Shown one piece after another: positions 31,652 through 32,000 of a stretch of DNA of 32,000 bases. The stretch covers positions 360,001 through 392,000 of the forward strand of contig NC_005070.1 of the NCBI RefSeq assembly GCF_000195975.1, written 5' to 3'. The position numbers were made by a program, and so were the translations under genes. The notes under the pieces are model-generated. The model did no database searches, was not told the origin of the DNA, and was given only the letters and a program-made list of their open reading frames with translations. The stretch is from Parasynechococcus marenigrum WH 8102 (GTDB lineage: Bacteria > Cyanobacteriota > Cyanobacteriia > PCC-6307 > Cyanobiaceae). Position 1 is the first letter of the stretch. Every line of letters begins with the position of its first letter.

Positions 31652-32000
31652 CGCTCCCTTAGCCACCGAGACAACCAGCCGAAGCCCACCAGCCCATCGC
31701 GGAGTCGGCGCAGAAGGGTGCGGGTTTTATGCCGTTTTTGCTGGCTGGAGCGCGCGCCACCACTGCTGAGCATGCGGCGGCCGCCGTGACGGATGGCATA
31801 GGTCTGCCAGCTGCGGCTGCCCCAGCTGCCTGGTCCAAGGCCATCGGTTGGCAACGGGGGCCGGTCGCCATGCAGTTGTTTCAACAGGGCTGACAGAAAG
31901 ATCTCCTGCCCCTCGGGTTGGTGGCCGTGGCGTTGCAACCAGTCGACCTTGTGAACGGGTGTGAACGGGTCACGACAGATTGCGGCGAAGTCCGCAACGG
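31648..32000 (-). CDS. uncharacterised protein, paralogue family member 1 (C-terminal part; gene runs off the right edge)
   Basis: The frame is open from base 32000. The C-terminal block PVHKVDWLQRHGHQPEGQEIFLSALLKQLHGDRPP aligns with PDADWLAWMGYGTNLDPVDLIEALGQLRADPP (member 3) and NTSWLQSMGWG (member 2). It has a basic tail like member 3. Confidence 0.7.
   Translation of the reverse strand, partial: VADFAAICRDPFTPVHKVDWLQRHGHQPEGQEIFLSALLKQLHGDRPPLPTDGLGPGSWGSRSWQTYAIRHGGRRMLSSGGARSSQQKRHKTRTLLRRLRDGLVGFGWLSRWLRER

Noticed and set aside
27262-31871. Plus-strand and off-frame ORFs across the glycan operon (e.g. 28664..29215 183 aa, 30644..31192 182 aa, 31036..31467 143 aa, 29262..29555).
   Set aside because: All overlap minus-strand genes that have recognisable domains or clear paralogy. 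Their composition is typical of antisense or shifted frames in about 60 percent GC DNA.
31951-31970. Perfect tandem 10-bp duplication GTGAACGGGT GTGAACGGGT inside the partial first paralogue gene.
   Set aside because: The reading frame stays open through it, and the encoded PFTPVHKVDW still aligns with the paralogues. It is possibly slippage-prone, but there is no evidence of disruption within the window.
1-32000. Search by eye for tRNA/tmRNA genes (T-arm GGTTCGAATCC-like strings), rRNA, CRISPR repeat arrays, IS transposases and long terminal inverted repeats.
   Set aside because: None were found. The few GTTCGA-like strings (e.g. 21846, 24615) lie inside ORFs and lack flanking acceptor or anticodon stems. 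tRNAscan-SE, ARAGORN, a CRISPR finder and ISfinder searches would be needed to be sure.

Overview
This 32-kb window reads like a hypervariable genomic island of a marine picocyanobacterium, probably Synechococcus-like. That inference rests on UrtA, a Pro-1 MIF homologue, PAP/fibrillin, YRG-repeat (DUF4278-type) peptides, and a GC-rich backbone interrupted by AT-rich blocks. It has three parts. (i) 1-5.1 kb is the core of an integrative element: a head-to-tail minus-strand gene string with a primase-type zinc-ribbon protein, an intact 421-aa tyrosine recombinase, and two decayed paralogous XerC/D-like recombinase genes. (ii) 5.1-24.6 kb is mosaic cargo. It holds an orphan urtA, PAP/fibrillin, MIF, a DUF411 metal-binding protein, a GAF sensor and a low-GC TPR-glycosyltransferase islet. 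It also holds many small genes arranged in repeated modules: a 63-65-aa ORF plus a 126-129-aa HTH protein in two intact copies and one decayed copy, paralogous small proteins, and three YRG peptides, two of them behind a conserved structured leader. (iii) 24.7-32.0 kb is a tightly coupled minus-strand operon. It encodes three tandem paralogues of an uncharacterised protein, a CBS-NeuB/SAF-TIM-barrel fusion and three sulfotransferases. I consider this operon the best candidate for an undescribed system, namely a sulfated nonulosonic-acid surface glycan. I recognised no rRNA, tRNA, CRISPR array or transposase by eye. All ORFs under 60 aa and all motif coordinates were derived by hand from the sequence and need computational confirmation. 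Family names are recalled from motifs, not from searches.
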